Source: a virus. From it: a stretch of 64,000 nt of DNA. Position numbers and translations under genes: made by a program. Each line of letters begins with the position of its first letter. Within the stretch, counting starts at the first letter, position 1. Positions 46,182-56,500 of the stretch are shown here, piece by piece. Location: positions 13,495 through 77,494 of the IMG/VR virus record IMGVR_UViG_3300048672_000851, one strand, 5' to 3'. Under the pieces are notes generated by a model that saw only the letters and a list, made by a program, of their open reading frames with translations, had not been told where the DNA came from and made no database searches.

Positions 46182-47342
46182 CTAATAGCGATTTGCAGAA
46201 AGTTTTTCAAATTCATCATCTGATAAATCCAATGGATTAAAATCAGACTGTTTACTTGTTGTAGTCTTCGCCTTAACTGGTGAAGCTACTTGCTTTTGTT
46301 TTCTTACTGTCTGTGGATCAACTACATTAGACGGTTTACTTGCTGGTTTAACTACACGTTTTGGAACTACAGTGGCTTGTTGAGCTTGTTGTTCACGTAC
46401 ATGTTGTTCGTACAGATCGTTGCCTGTCTGGATGTAAGCTTGATAATCACTTACTGAATTACTAATTTGGCCTAACATTCTCCGTCTTTGTACTTCAGCG
46501 GATACATGTTCAAATAGCGATTTCCCTGTACTATCTGGAACCATGTGATCATGAAGTTGACGTAAAATTTCAGGATTATTGTAAATCTCTCCGCGACTAT
46601 CATTATCCCACTGTTTAGTGACAACTGTGTTTAACTTAGCAAAATGATTACTGTCTTTCAGTTCATTAATTACTTCATCTAATACCACATCATTATCACT
46701 TACAGCTTTAGCTGTTGGAACATACTTATCACCAAGTGATTTATCTAAGTCCAACGGATCTAAATTACTGTCAGCTAATAGTTTAGCTATTGCTTCTGGA
46801 TTCTTATTCTTAACGTCAATCAAGAAAGCAATTTCATTTTCGTCCAAAAGTTTATTTTGTTCAAGTGTTTTAAGCAATTTCATATGGGGTTTAATGCCAG
46901 CCATCTTCTTATGATAATTGGCACCCATTTGAATTAGCTGAATTGCTTCATCAACACTCTTTAGTTTGATTTCACCACCATTAGCTTTAATTGGTGTATT
47001 TAAAATACGATCCAATTCACTTTTATGGTTTAATTCTTCTGGCTTAGCTTCAGGTTTACTTTCTTCTGAATCATCACTTTCTTCTTGTTCTTCTGATTCA
47101 TCAGTATTTTGATCATCTTTAGATTCATCTTCAGATGATTCTTCGTCTTCGATTTGTTCGCCTTCTTCGCCAGAATCTTCGTCATCATCTTGATTCTCTT
47201 GTTCTTCTGAACCAGATTCATCTTGATCTTCAGATTCTTCTTCTACTTCGGCTTCAACTTCTTCTTCATTGTCTGTAACTTCTTCTGGTTCAGACATATT
47301 CAGAATATCATCATCAGACATTTCTAGAAAATTTTTAGACAT
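46182..47342 (-). CDS. N4 gp57-like protein (scaffold; often annotated tape measure)
   Basis: Acidic N-terminus, KANG, QMGANYHKKM, NPLDLSDDEF; upstream of capsid. Confidence 0.85.
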   Translation of the reverse strand: MSKNFLEMSDDDILNMSEPEEVTDNEEEVEAEVEEESEDQDESGSEEQENQDDDEDSGEEGEQIEDEESSEDESKDDQNTDESEEQEESDDSEESKPEAKPEELNHKSELDRILNTPIKANGGEIKLKSVDEAIQLIQMGANYHKKMAGIKPHMKLLKTLEQNKLLDENEIAFLIDVKNKNPEAIAKLLADSNLDPLDLDKSLGDKYVPTAKAVSDNDVVLDEVINELKDSNHFAKLNTVVTKQWDNDSRGEIYNNPEILRQLHDHMVPDSTGKSLFEHVSAEVQRRRMLGQISNSVSDYQAYIQTGNDLYEQHVREQQAQQATVVPKRVVKPASKPSNVVDPQTVRKQKQVASPVKAKTTTSKQSDFNPLDLSDDEFEKLSANRY

Positions 47343-47347
47343 GGTTA

Positions 47348-47683
47348 TTATTCCTCTGTTTCCATTTCAGCCTGTGCTTCTTTTAATTGTTTAAGGTAAT
47401 CGGCTGCTTCTACTGCGGGTGAATGAATTGAATTTAAATAACGGTGAAATGCAGTTACACCATCAAGAGATTTTTTAATTGATTCTTGAACCAATGGATT
47501 TTTTTCAACATCTTCTCGTGAAGCTGCTTGAAGTAAGTCAGCAGGAAACTTTTTCAAATAACCTTCAAGAACCAACTCTTGAAAATCTGGATTAGCTTTT
47601 AAACGATCCAGTTTTTCTTTCTGTTTAACTAACAACTCACATTGCTCAATTAATTCATTAAGATCTTCAGTTGTAACTTCCAT
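47348..47683 (-). CDS. N4 gp58-like protein
   Basis: L..NPDFQELVLEGYL; synteny between portal and scaffold. Confidence 0.75.
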   Translation of the reverse strand: MEVTTEDLNELIEQCELLVKQKEKLDRLKANPDFQELVLEGYLKKFPADLLQAASREDVEKNPLVQESIKKSLDGVTAFHRYLNSIHSPAVEAADYLKQLKEAQAEMETEE

Positions 47684-47733
47684 CGTAATTTCCTCGTGTC
47701 CTCCCCCATATTTCAGGGGGAGATTTCTGTTAA

Positions 47734-49854
47734 TTACTCTTTTGTAGATTTAGCTTTCGCGCTTTCTTTTAAGAGTGTTTCTTGTGCTTTTACCATACCT
47801 TGTTCACGAATCTTTTGTAATTCGCGTTCTTGGTTAGTTCCTGTTTCCTCTTGAACATAATTCAAGAGACTTTCATCAGCTTCATTGTTATGCTTGCGAG
47901 CTTTAGCAATTTCAGCCTGAGTTTTACCTTCATTTAATCCAACATTACTTAATGCTGCTTGTGCCTTAGCATTTGCTTCATTAATTTGTGCTCTTAACAA
48001 CTCAACTTCCAATTTAGCTTTCTCAACTGCAATTGGATCTGGTTGTGGATTATATTCTTCAATCTTCTTCGCTAACAATGGCATTTTACGTAATTTAGCA
48101 ATATCACTTAACAACATTTTTGTGATATTGAAATCCATATTGTTACCCATTGTTTGCAGCATGTAGGCTAATTCTTCTGCCTTTTGATTGTCAACTTCTG
48201 CTGTTGAAATAGCTAGTTTTAAATCAAAATTACCTGCTAAATCATCTCTACGTACCTGAACAAAACGATTGTTAGTGATACGTACAGTTTCTTCTTCAGA
48301 TAACCACACTGCATTCATTGCAATGATCTTACGGCCAATAGTCTTAAGTCCTTCTGCCAGTCTCCGTAAGATTTCCAAATCACGTTTACTAGTCGCATCC
48401 AACGCACTACGAACGCCTGTAGCCGTATTCCCTAAAGCCTGACCACTGATACCACCTGAGAAGGATTTAACCCCTGTCAGCGATTCTGCTTCGCTTTGTT
48501 GAAGCTGGAGCATAGTATAAGCCGACTGAGGAATTTCAGGAAATTTATGTACATGGAACGCTTGTTCTGGGTTAACCCCCGGATTGAATGCGTAGTCATC
48601 CCCTTCCTTGAACCGCTTCAAATTTAACGTATCCAGAATGCCCTTGGCGTAACCAATTTGACCATTGGCACTTCTGGCCATCAAATCGACCATACCCCTT
48701 GTAACGGCTCCTATGATCTTCTGGTTGTCTTCTAACAACTCAGCATCACATTCACCATAGTTTTCTTCAAACACAGGTAAGTATTGTGCAATAGAGAATG
48801 GCAGTGATTTATCTGGAAACGGGTTTTCTTCCAGCAAAATCATTGTATCGCCCACAAACGTAGCTACGATTGGCTTAGTAATACCAGAACCATCAATATC
48901 CCAGTAACCCCAATACTCGTAACACACTAACTTCTGTCTTGGCTTATCACTGAAGTTAAATTTCTTATCATTGAAATCAATATCTTCAGCAGCTAAGTAA
49001 TCAACATTGATATTATCTAGTTGATCCAGATTCTTATAATTCTTATTGCTTTTCTTTAAGTCAGACAGAGTAGTTGTGTATTTATAAATTACAAATGATG
49101 CTTTAGATAAATCACCTTTAGCGGTTGGATCAATCATTACATGTTTGTAATTACACACTTCAATCGTAGGGCAGTTCTTAACTACTCTAGATTTCTTAAC
49201 CATCTCTGTTCTAACAAAAGAAGGTACAACTGGAATTTGATTTTCCATTGTTAGTTGTAATGCTTCTTTCCATTCTTTTGGAACAGTAGCTTCAAATTGG
49301 TGTGGATCACCTTGAGATAATTGTTGAACCATTTCTAATTCTGCTAAGTCATCTGGACTAGCAGCTTGAATGTATTCATAAATATCTTCTTCTTCTTCGT
49401 ATTCTTCTTCGGCGTATTCCCAACCTACTTTGCATATTACTGTCCCTGTATTTACAGCAGCACGTACATAGTCATTAATAAACTTAACTTTATTAATTTT
49501 AGTATTGAATTGGTTGTTAATTACTAATTGGTTCTGCTCTGCTGCAAATTGATCATCAGCAGCTACAGGTTCAATGTTGAATAAGTCATCAGTACTTAAG
49601 AATGGTTCAGATAAAGATGCATAACGCCATTCAGCTTGTTTACGAATAAGCCGAGGTGTAATTGATGAACGTCCTTTAATCTTCTTTACAGCAGCAGTGT
49701 TGGATACATTCAATAAATCCATGTAACCATCAATCTTTCTTACTTGCTCGCTATGAATAGACTGGACTTCAGTTAAGTCTTTCTTTAAATCACTAACTTT
49801 AGGTTCATTAGACCAGCTAGTTAGCTTTACGATTTCTGGCTTATCTTCAATCAT
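47734..49854 (-). CDS. portal protein (N4 gp59-like)
   Basis: LTSWSNEP, PRLIRKQAEWRYASLSEPFL, EAESLTGVKSFSGGI. Confidence 0.95.
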   Translation of the reverse strand: MIEDKPEIVKLTSWSNEPKVSDLKKDLTEVQSIHSEQVRKIDGYMDLLNVSNTAAVKKIKGRSSITPRLIRKQAEWRYASLSEPFLSTDDLFNIEPVAADDQFAAEQNQLVINNQFNTKINKVKFINDYVRAAVNTGTVICKVGWEYAEEEYEEEEDIYEYIQAASPDDLAELEMVQQLSQGDPHQFEATVPKEWKEALQLTMENQIPVVPSFVRTEMVKKSRVVKNCPTIEVCNYKHVMIDPTAKGDLSKASFVIYKYTTTLSDLKKSNKNYKNLDQLDNINVDYLAAEDIDFNDKKFNFSDKPRQKLVCYEYWGYWDIDGSGITKPIVATFVGDTMILLEENPFPDKSLPFSIAQYLPVFEENYGECDAELLEDNQKIIGAVTRGMVDLMARSANGQIGYAKGILDTLNLKRFKEGDDYAFNPGVNPEQAFHVHKFPEIPQSAYTMLQLQQSEAESLTGVKSFSGGISGQALGNTATGVRSALDATSKRDLEILRRLAEGLKTIGRKIIAMNAVWLSEEETVRITNNRFVQVRRDDLAGNFDLKLAISTAEVDNQKAEELAYMLQTMGNNMDFNITKMLLSDIAKLRKMPLLAKKIEEYNPQPDPIAVEKAKLEVELLRAQINEANAKAQAALSNVGLNEGKTQAEIAKARKHNNEADESLLNYVQEETGTNQERELQKIREQGMVKAQETLLKESAKAKSTKE

Positions 49855-49908
49855 AGATGTTCCTTAAAGTGGTCATGTAGCTTAACAGACCAAAGGGGCA
49901 AAAGCCCC

Positions 49909-50235
49909 TTATCTTAACCAAATATTAGACATGTTTTCCACAGCAAGAACAAAAGCTTCCTTGAGTTCGGATACCAGAATGTTAGTAGGTACCCCTGATC
50001 CAGTATCAGCTAAACTCCACTGAATAGTATCTGAGTCAGCTTTACCGGACAACTCGCAAGCTTTAATAGCTCTGGCCATACGGTCTTGTGCTGCTTCATT
50101 AGCATCAAAGTATAAGCCAGATTGAGTAATTACAACCGCTTTTTCCAGTAAGTTCTTACGAGTAGATACAAATAATTCTACTTCTTTTTCTGCTTGGATC
50201 TGAGCAGTAGTTTTAATAGTTTCAGGCTTGAACAT
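49909..50235 (-). CDS. DUF4376-like tail fibre assembly protein
   Basis: FDANEAAQDRMARAI...IQWSLAD...ELKEA. Confidence 0.7.
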   Translation of the reverse strand: MFKPETIKTTAQIQAEKEVELFVSTRKNLLEKAVVITQSGLYFDANEAAQDRMARAIKACELSGKADSDTIQWSLADTGSGVPTNILVSELKEAFVLAVENMSNIWLR

Positions 50236-50560
50236 CTACAATCTCCCATTCAATAGGACAAGGAACTTCACCTTGCTCTACTGTAAATTGATAATCAGCA
50301 ATATTTAATGATTGTTCTTTTACTGCTTTAGTTGAATCGTATGGGTAGTGTAGATTCAAATGAATTACACCATTAATACGTTTAACTTCACCTACAGCGG
50401 GATACGTAGCTTCAGCTACGCACCCTTCTTCAATTAAACTTAAATCATACTCAGTACCATTATAAGTAATTGTGTCACCATCAACTTCAATTACTGGATA
50501 ATCTTGAGTAGGGTTATTTGCACTAGCAATACACAGTGTAATAAACATAATTATCTCCAA
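50222..50560 (-). CDS. tail fibre-associated protein
   Basis: GDTITYNGTEYDLS...GEVKRINGVIHL; directly downstream of a fibre gene. Confidence 0.65.
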   Translation of the reverse strand: MEIIMFITLCIASANNPTQDYPVIEVDGDTITYNGTEYDLSLIEEGCVAEATYPAVGEVKRINGVIHLNLHYPYDSTKAVKEQSLNIADYQFTVEQGEVPCPIEWEIVDVQA

Positions 50561-53553
50561 CGACCAATAGCAACGTGAGCTAGTGTATGTGTTTGGCTTA
50601 CAGAAACTTTAGTTCTGATTGATGCACCAGTTGTAGTTTGTGAGTGTGCAGCATCTTTAGTTACGTTAAAGAGATGAGTTGCACTTGCACCAGTAATTGA
50701 TGTTTTAATAAATGTAGGGGCTGAGGCAAACACAGCAGGGAATACCCAATCAAATTGGTTATCTGTATCCGCTGTCATTGCAATACCGCTACGAGTAATA
50801 AAACACTCTAACCGACCATCAGCATACTTATAGTAACTACCATTTACACCACTACCGTACTCTAATAAACCACCTGTATTTTGTCCAGACACGTTAGTAA
50901 CTGAACCAATGGCGTTCGTAGAGTTATATTGTAAATCCCATGTACTCCATACCCCGCTATTTAAATGGCGTATATAGTGCAATTTATTTTGAATATTGTA
51001 GTGTAGCTGTACCCCATATAAAGTAGTCCAACTTAGGTGTAAAAGGATACCTTGGTTATTCGAGCTTGTACCGGTGATTACAGAACCTGTCCAACTAGTA
51101 CCGACTCGATACACCCCCGAAACACGAAGTGCATCGGCATCAGATACTGTAGTTGCAATGGTATTTGTTCCCCAACCGAACGAACCGGGTCTCAATAGTG
51201 CAGCGGCAGCGGTATCATACGGGTTAGCTTGTGCTGGTGCAGATAATGCATCAGTAGTTAAAAACTTCTGCCATGAACTCCAAACACCGTTATCTTTAAA
51301 ACGAATCATGTGATTAGCATGATCTGTCTGCATACGGTAAAAAATTTGAGTACAGTAACTAGCACTACCCCAAGCCAGATGAATTAAACATCCTTGGTTT
51401 GTTCCACTACTACCTACAATTGGAGAGCCAGTCCAAATATTACCTGTAGCATAAGCACCAGACACAGTTAATGCGTTTGCATCTGTAATGTAAGTAGCGT
51501 TACTACCAAAACCATCAGTAGCAAATGTAGTAGTACCCCAACCAAATGAACCACTCTGTAACATTGCACCAGCAGTATTGTCATAACGGTTTGCTTGTGC
51601 TGGTTTGTCTTTTTTATCCCACAATCCGTAGTAAGTACCACTGCGATCAACTTCCATTAAACCAGTAGTGAAATCACGACGAATATAAGGGTCGTTACCA
51701 AACCAACTTGGACTTTGAATAGTAACATTATTTGTATACCAAGCTTCAATCCAAACACAAATACTTTGTGCTGGTGTACCTGTGTTAGAATGAGTTAACT
51801 CTAGTGTATTTAATGCTGTACTAACTCTCAATGAAGCGTGGTTTACACCAGTTGGGTTAACAATACCTGCTTGTCTTGCTACCCAAGTTCCAGAAGCACT
51901 TTGAGTTAAATAATACAATGCACCATTACTTACACCAGTGTTGTATACATTCAAATGAATTCGGTAAACCCAGCCATTAGTTAAAGTGGCTTGATTACCT
52001 ACGTATTCACTTAATGCAGTCCACACACCATTAGTACCTACCATTACAAATTGATTTTGTAAGTAGTTAGAACCAATTTCAAATGCACCATTCTGTAAAA
52101 CAGCATTGGCAGTTGTATCTTGCTTGTTGGATTGTACTGGTGCCTGTGTTTTATCCCACATTTCATACCATGTAGGTGCAACTCCCGGACTATTACGTTT
52201 ACCACCAAACAATGCAAAGGTGTTGTTATCTGTTTTTAAACCAGCACCTAAAAAGTAGGTTGTTGGTGTACCATCGTACTGTGCAGTAACAAATGCACCA
52301 GCATTCATAAATGAAGGTTTACTTACTGCTGTAGATAGGAATCTGCCCCAACGGTTTACGTTTAATGTTGATGCAGTAAAATCTGGAACATCGGTTGCAC
52401 CACCTAACAAACCACCAGCACCTACAGTTAATACACTACCTGCTGTAGTATCAAATGGTGCAGTTTGCAAAACTAAGTCATTGTTCAACGCTTTCCATGC
52501 AGTCCAAGCAGATGTGGTATATGTACGGAAATACATTTTACCTGTCTGATGTGCAATAGCGATTTGTGCAGAATCAGTAACGTTGTAACGCATACTTAGC
52601 AAGTTAAAATCAGTAACACCACTTGGTTTAGTGCCAGTATCGCCATTCACTACTCGATAGAAACCAGTTGGAATAGTAGTAGCATCCAAGCTAATTGCTA
52701 ATGAACTAAACTGAGCACCAGATGAAGTATTGCCAATACCAAATGAACCAACAGTAAGTAATGCACCTGCTGTAGTATCTAAATTTGATGTTTGTTTAAC
52801 TGTATTACCTGAGTGCCAAACTTCACGCCATGCTGTCCAAGTAATAGTTCCAGAACCGTTACCAGTACGCATGTACATAGTTTCAATGCCAGTATTAGCG
52901 CACCAAACAATTTGACGTACTACAGACGTTTGAGCAGCAATTTGCAAACCAGCATAGATACGAGTATCAGCAGTTGGTCTGTTTAATGTTGTATCAGATG
53001 TATAAAAGAAACGAGTTGTTCTTGGTGATCCAATACTATTCAAATCTGTCTCAGCACCCGGAATATATGTTCCAAGTAAGCCAGAAGTCTTAATTAAATC
53101 TAAAGTACGCACTGGTGACATAAATACACCAGTTAATGCGCCTGCTTCAGCTTGTACTTGTGTTGCTTCTTTACGGAAGAAATCAATTGCTTGTTTAACA
53201 CGTAAAGCAGTCATTGATGCAGCATTATCAGTACCAGCTTCAGCAATTGCTTGTGTAGCAACCGTAAAGTTAGCTAAGTAGTTATTTAACGCTACAGCAA
53301 TAGAATTTAAATCAGCATCAGTAGGAAATAATACTGCTGCTTGGTTCGATACTGTACCAAATGTCCAGTTACGTTTTAATTCAATTTTCTTGACGCTGTT
53401 ATCAATATAACCACGAACAACTTCTACTGGAGGGTAAGAGCCAATGACTAATCCACCTTCAGGGGAAATTGATAACGTATCATCACCTGTAGTTACTGTT
53501 ACGATGTTAGTGTTATTAGTTACACTAACGTTTGTTGCACTCCACCAACTCAT
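50551..53553 (-). CDS. long tail fibre with repeated knob domains
   Basis: Five Q..DTTAG.LL..G.FG.G hinge repeats separating knob domains ending W..W; C-terminal GSYYKYADG tip. Confidence 0.88.
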   Translation of the reverse strand: MSWWSATNVSVTNNTNIVTVTTGDDTLSISPEGGLVIGSYPPVEVVRGYIDNSVKKIELKRNWTFGTVSNQAAVLFPTDADLNSIAVALNNYLANFTVATQAIAEAGTDNAASMTALRVKQAIDFFRKEATQVQAEAGALTGVFMSPVRTLDLIKTSGLLGTYIPGAETDLNSIGSPRTTRFFYTSDTTLNRPTADTRIYAGLQIAAQTSVVRQIVWCANTGIETMYMRTGNGSGTITWTAWREVWHSGNTVKQTSNLDTTAGALLTVGSFGIGNTSSGAQFSSLAISLDATTIPTGFYRVVNGDTGTKPSGVTDFNLLSMRYNVTDSAQIAIAHQTGKMYFRTYTTSAWTAWKALNNDLVLQTAPFDTTAGSVLTVGAGGLLGGATDVPDFTASTLNVNRWGRFLSTAVSKPSFMNAGAFVTAQYDGTPTTYFLGAGLKTDNNTFALFGGKRNSPGVAPTWYEMWDKTQAPVQSNKQDTTANAVLQNGAFEIGSNYLQNQFVMVGTNGVWTALSEYVGNQATLTNGWVYRIHLNVYNTGVSNGALYYLTQSASGTWVARQAGIVNPTGVNHASLRVSTALNTLELTHSNTGTPAQSICVWIEAWYTNNVTIQSPSWFGNDPYIRRDFTTGLMEVDRSGTYYGLWDKKDKPAQANRYDNTAGAMLQSGSFGWGTTTFATDGFGSNATYITDANALTVSGAYATGNIWTGSPIVGSSGTNQGCLIHLAWGSASYCTQIFYRMQTDHANHMIRFKDNGVWSSWQKFLTTDALSAPAQANPYDTAAAALLRPGSFGWGTNTIATTVSDADALRVSGVYRVGTSWTGSVITGTSSNNQGILLHLSWTTLYGVQLHYNIQNKLHYIRHLNSGVWSTWDLQYNSTNAIGSVTNVSGQNTGGLLEYGSGVNGSYYKYADGRLECFITRSGIAMTADTDNQFDWVFPAVFASAPTFIKTSITGASATHLFNVTKDAAHSQTTTGASIRTKVSVSQTHTLAHVAIGRWR

Positions 53554-53556
53554 AAG

Positions 53557-56500
53557 TTATTCCTCACTTATTAAAGATAAATTTTGTAAGACTTCACCAC
53601 CACCCGCTACAGGTAATGCATGAGTAAATTCTAATCGGTACTCTCTATTGTTTGTGCTCATTAATGTATCGGTATACGTAAAACTACCTGACATTAACCA
53701 ACTTTGATAATAAGTACCTGTTTCTAGTTCTTGGTCGAATGTACCAACAACACCCTGACTAGCAACTAATGTCCAAGTACCGCCTACTTTTCTATAAAGT
53801 GACATAGTACCTGTTAAGTTTCCTGCTGTAGCACTAGTAGTAGAAGTTCTACCAATAGACACACTACAAGAATTCTTAATAGTGATTAAACCGCCATTAC
53901 TTGCATAACTTCCTGATTCAACAAATACGTTAGTACCTATAGTTGTACTTTGTTGTGCATTTCTAAGTACACCAGCCAGTATGCTACCACCAAAATAAGC
54001 CTCACCTAAAGAGCTTAAATAAGTAATGGCATTAGACTTCAATAAGCCAGTCAGAATTGGTTCTCTAGTCGCAGAATTGAAGTTAACACCGTCCACGATA
54101 GCACCGAACCAAGATATTAAACTATGAGGGCCGAAAGGTTCTGCTGCTTCTACCCTAATATGGGTTGATCCAACAAAATCTAATCGAGCATTCTTCAGCA
54201 TTGGCTTAGTGGCAGTAGGTGTTTCAAGCTCCATGTTCTTAGCTTTTACTACACCAGTTTTATCTACATAAAATACTGCATTGTCCTTGTTTTTATCTCC
54301 ATTACCAATCCAAATAACTAAATCGCCATCATCAGATAATTCAAGTCTGAAACCTGACTTAGCTGTTTGATAAGTACCAGCTACTAAATCACCTTTAAAT
54401 TCCCATTTATTAGATGCAGTATTGTAGTAAAGTTGAGTAACACCGTTTGTATCAACCAAACCAAATGTATTTGCTTGGAATAGGATACTGTTAGTTTGTC
54501 CATTTACTTCAACACCGTTAATCGTAGCTACACCATTAACTACTGACTTAACTCCAAAGAATGCTTTACTATATAAGCCGTCAACTTCGTCATTAATTGA
54601 ACTAAGTTGTACCATTGCTTCAGTGTAATCACCTTGCACAGTACTTACTTTGTTTGCTAACTCAGTAATAGCTCTAGCTTGGTTATCTAGTGCAACATAA
54701 GCTTCCTGAACCATAAAATATGAAGCAGATAAGCCAGTAACACTATTATTCACCTGAGCAGCAATCTGAGATATTGCTTGTGCTCCTGCTGTTGCAGAAA
54801 CTAATGCTGATTGTGCAGTAGTATAGGTTGCAGATAATCCCGTGTTTGGATCATCTAACTTCGCATTGATACCACTAATAGAACTTAAAGTACCATCCAC
54901 AGCAGCACTAACACTATTCAAAGCATTTTGTACTACAGCAACACGACCAGAGAAATCAACTGATAGAGAAGTTAATGCACTAGCTCTGTTACCAGCTTCA
55001 TCTGCAATAGCTTTGTTTACTTGCAAGAAGTTACTATTTGCTTGGTTCTCTAATCGACCAATTGAAGCTACTAAGCTAGCTTTTTCTTGTGCAATAGCTG
55101 TTTGAGCAGCTTCTACAGCAATTTGTCTTTGGCCTACAGCAGCAGTTGATCCAGCTTCTAATAGATTCTCTTTCTGCTTTTGCATTTGAAGCAGAGTATT
55201 AACAGCACTTTTTTCTAAGTCTTTGACATTGTTGTTAGTTACAAACAATGATGTTTCAGTAGATGCTTTGTTTGTATTTACAGTAGCTTCAATACTATCT
55301 ACTCGTGTAATACTTGCATACATGCTGTCATAAACAGCTTGCTTAGAGTCAACATAAGTAATTCTAGCTTGTGTTTCATCTGCAACTAAATCATCTACAT
55401 AACTAGTTGTTGCGTATGTTCCAGCAATAGATGCACTTAAATTATTCAATGCTGTTGTTCTAGCTGCTGTCTCACTGGCAATAGCACTATTCATGCTTGA
55501 TATAGTTGCATAGTTAGCAGCTACAGAAGCAGATAAGTTATTAATTGCAGTAGTACGAGCATTAGTTTCAGTAGCTATTGCACTATTCATTCCATTAATA
55601 GTTGCGTAAGTACTTGCAATGTTAGAACTTAAATTATTAATTTGTGAAGTTCTTGCTGAACTCTCAGTTGAGATAGCCGTATTTAAACTAGTAATAGTTG
55701 CATAAGTATTACCCACAGAAGTACTTAAATTATTGATGGCTTCAATACGAGCCAATTCTTCTGTAGTGACTAAACTCTCAGCATATGTTTTAGTTGCGTA
55801 GTTATTTGCAACTGAAGTGCTTAAAGTACTAATGTCATCCAAAGTAGCCTGACGTTCATTAGCAAGTGCAATAGTAACTTCCTGCTTAGTAGCCATATTG
55901 TTATTAAACTTGGCTTCTAATGCTTCAGTTGTACTTGCAATTGAAGAATCTAATCTAGCTTCTACAAGGTCTACTTTAGTGATTAATCCAGAACTAATTA
56001 CTCCCAATGAAACCTGTAAACCAGAAACTTCTTTAGCTAATGAAGACTCTTGATTAGAAATAGCTTCTTGTAATGAAGTAATTTTACCAGTGAAATAAAT
56101 ATTGTTATTTACAACAACACTCTCTAGCTCAGTTACTCTTTGTGCTGAAGCTTCATCTGCTGTTGCAATAGCATCATTCAATACTTGGTTAGTAGCAAAG
56201 TTACTGTACACTTCACCACGTAATAGCTCTACAGATTCACTCTTAGCAAAATCCAATGATGCAATAGCATTACTTACTTCTTCATTTAATGCATTAATAC
56301 CAGCATTAAACTTAGACTCTAATTGAGTAGATGAAGTAACAATAGCTTGGTTTGCATTAGCAAGACTTTGAACCAATGTTTGATAATTGGCATCAATCTT
56401 AGAATTGACGTTAGAGTTTACTTTGTTAATCTCAGTAGCTAATGCTGAATCACTATCAGACACTACCTTACTTAAATTAATGATTGAGCTATTCAATTGG

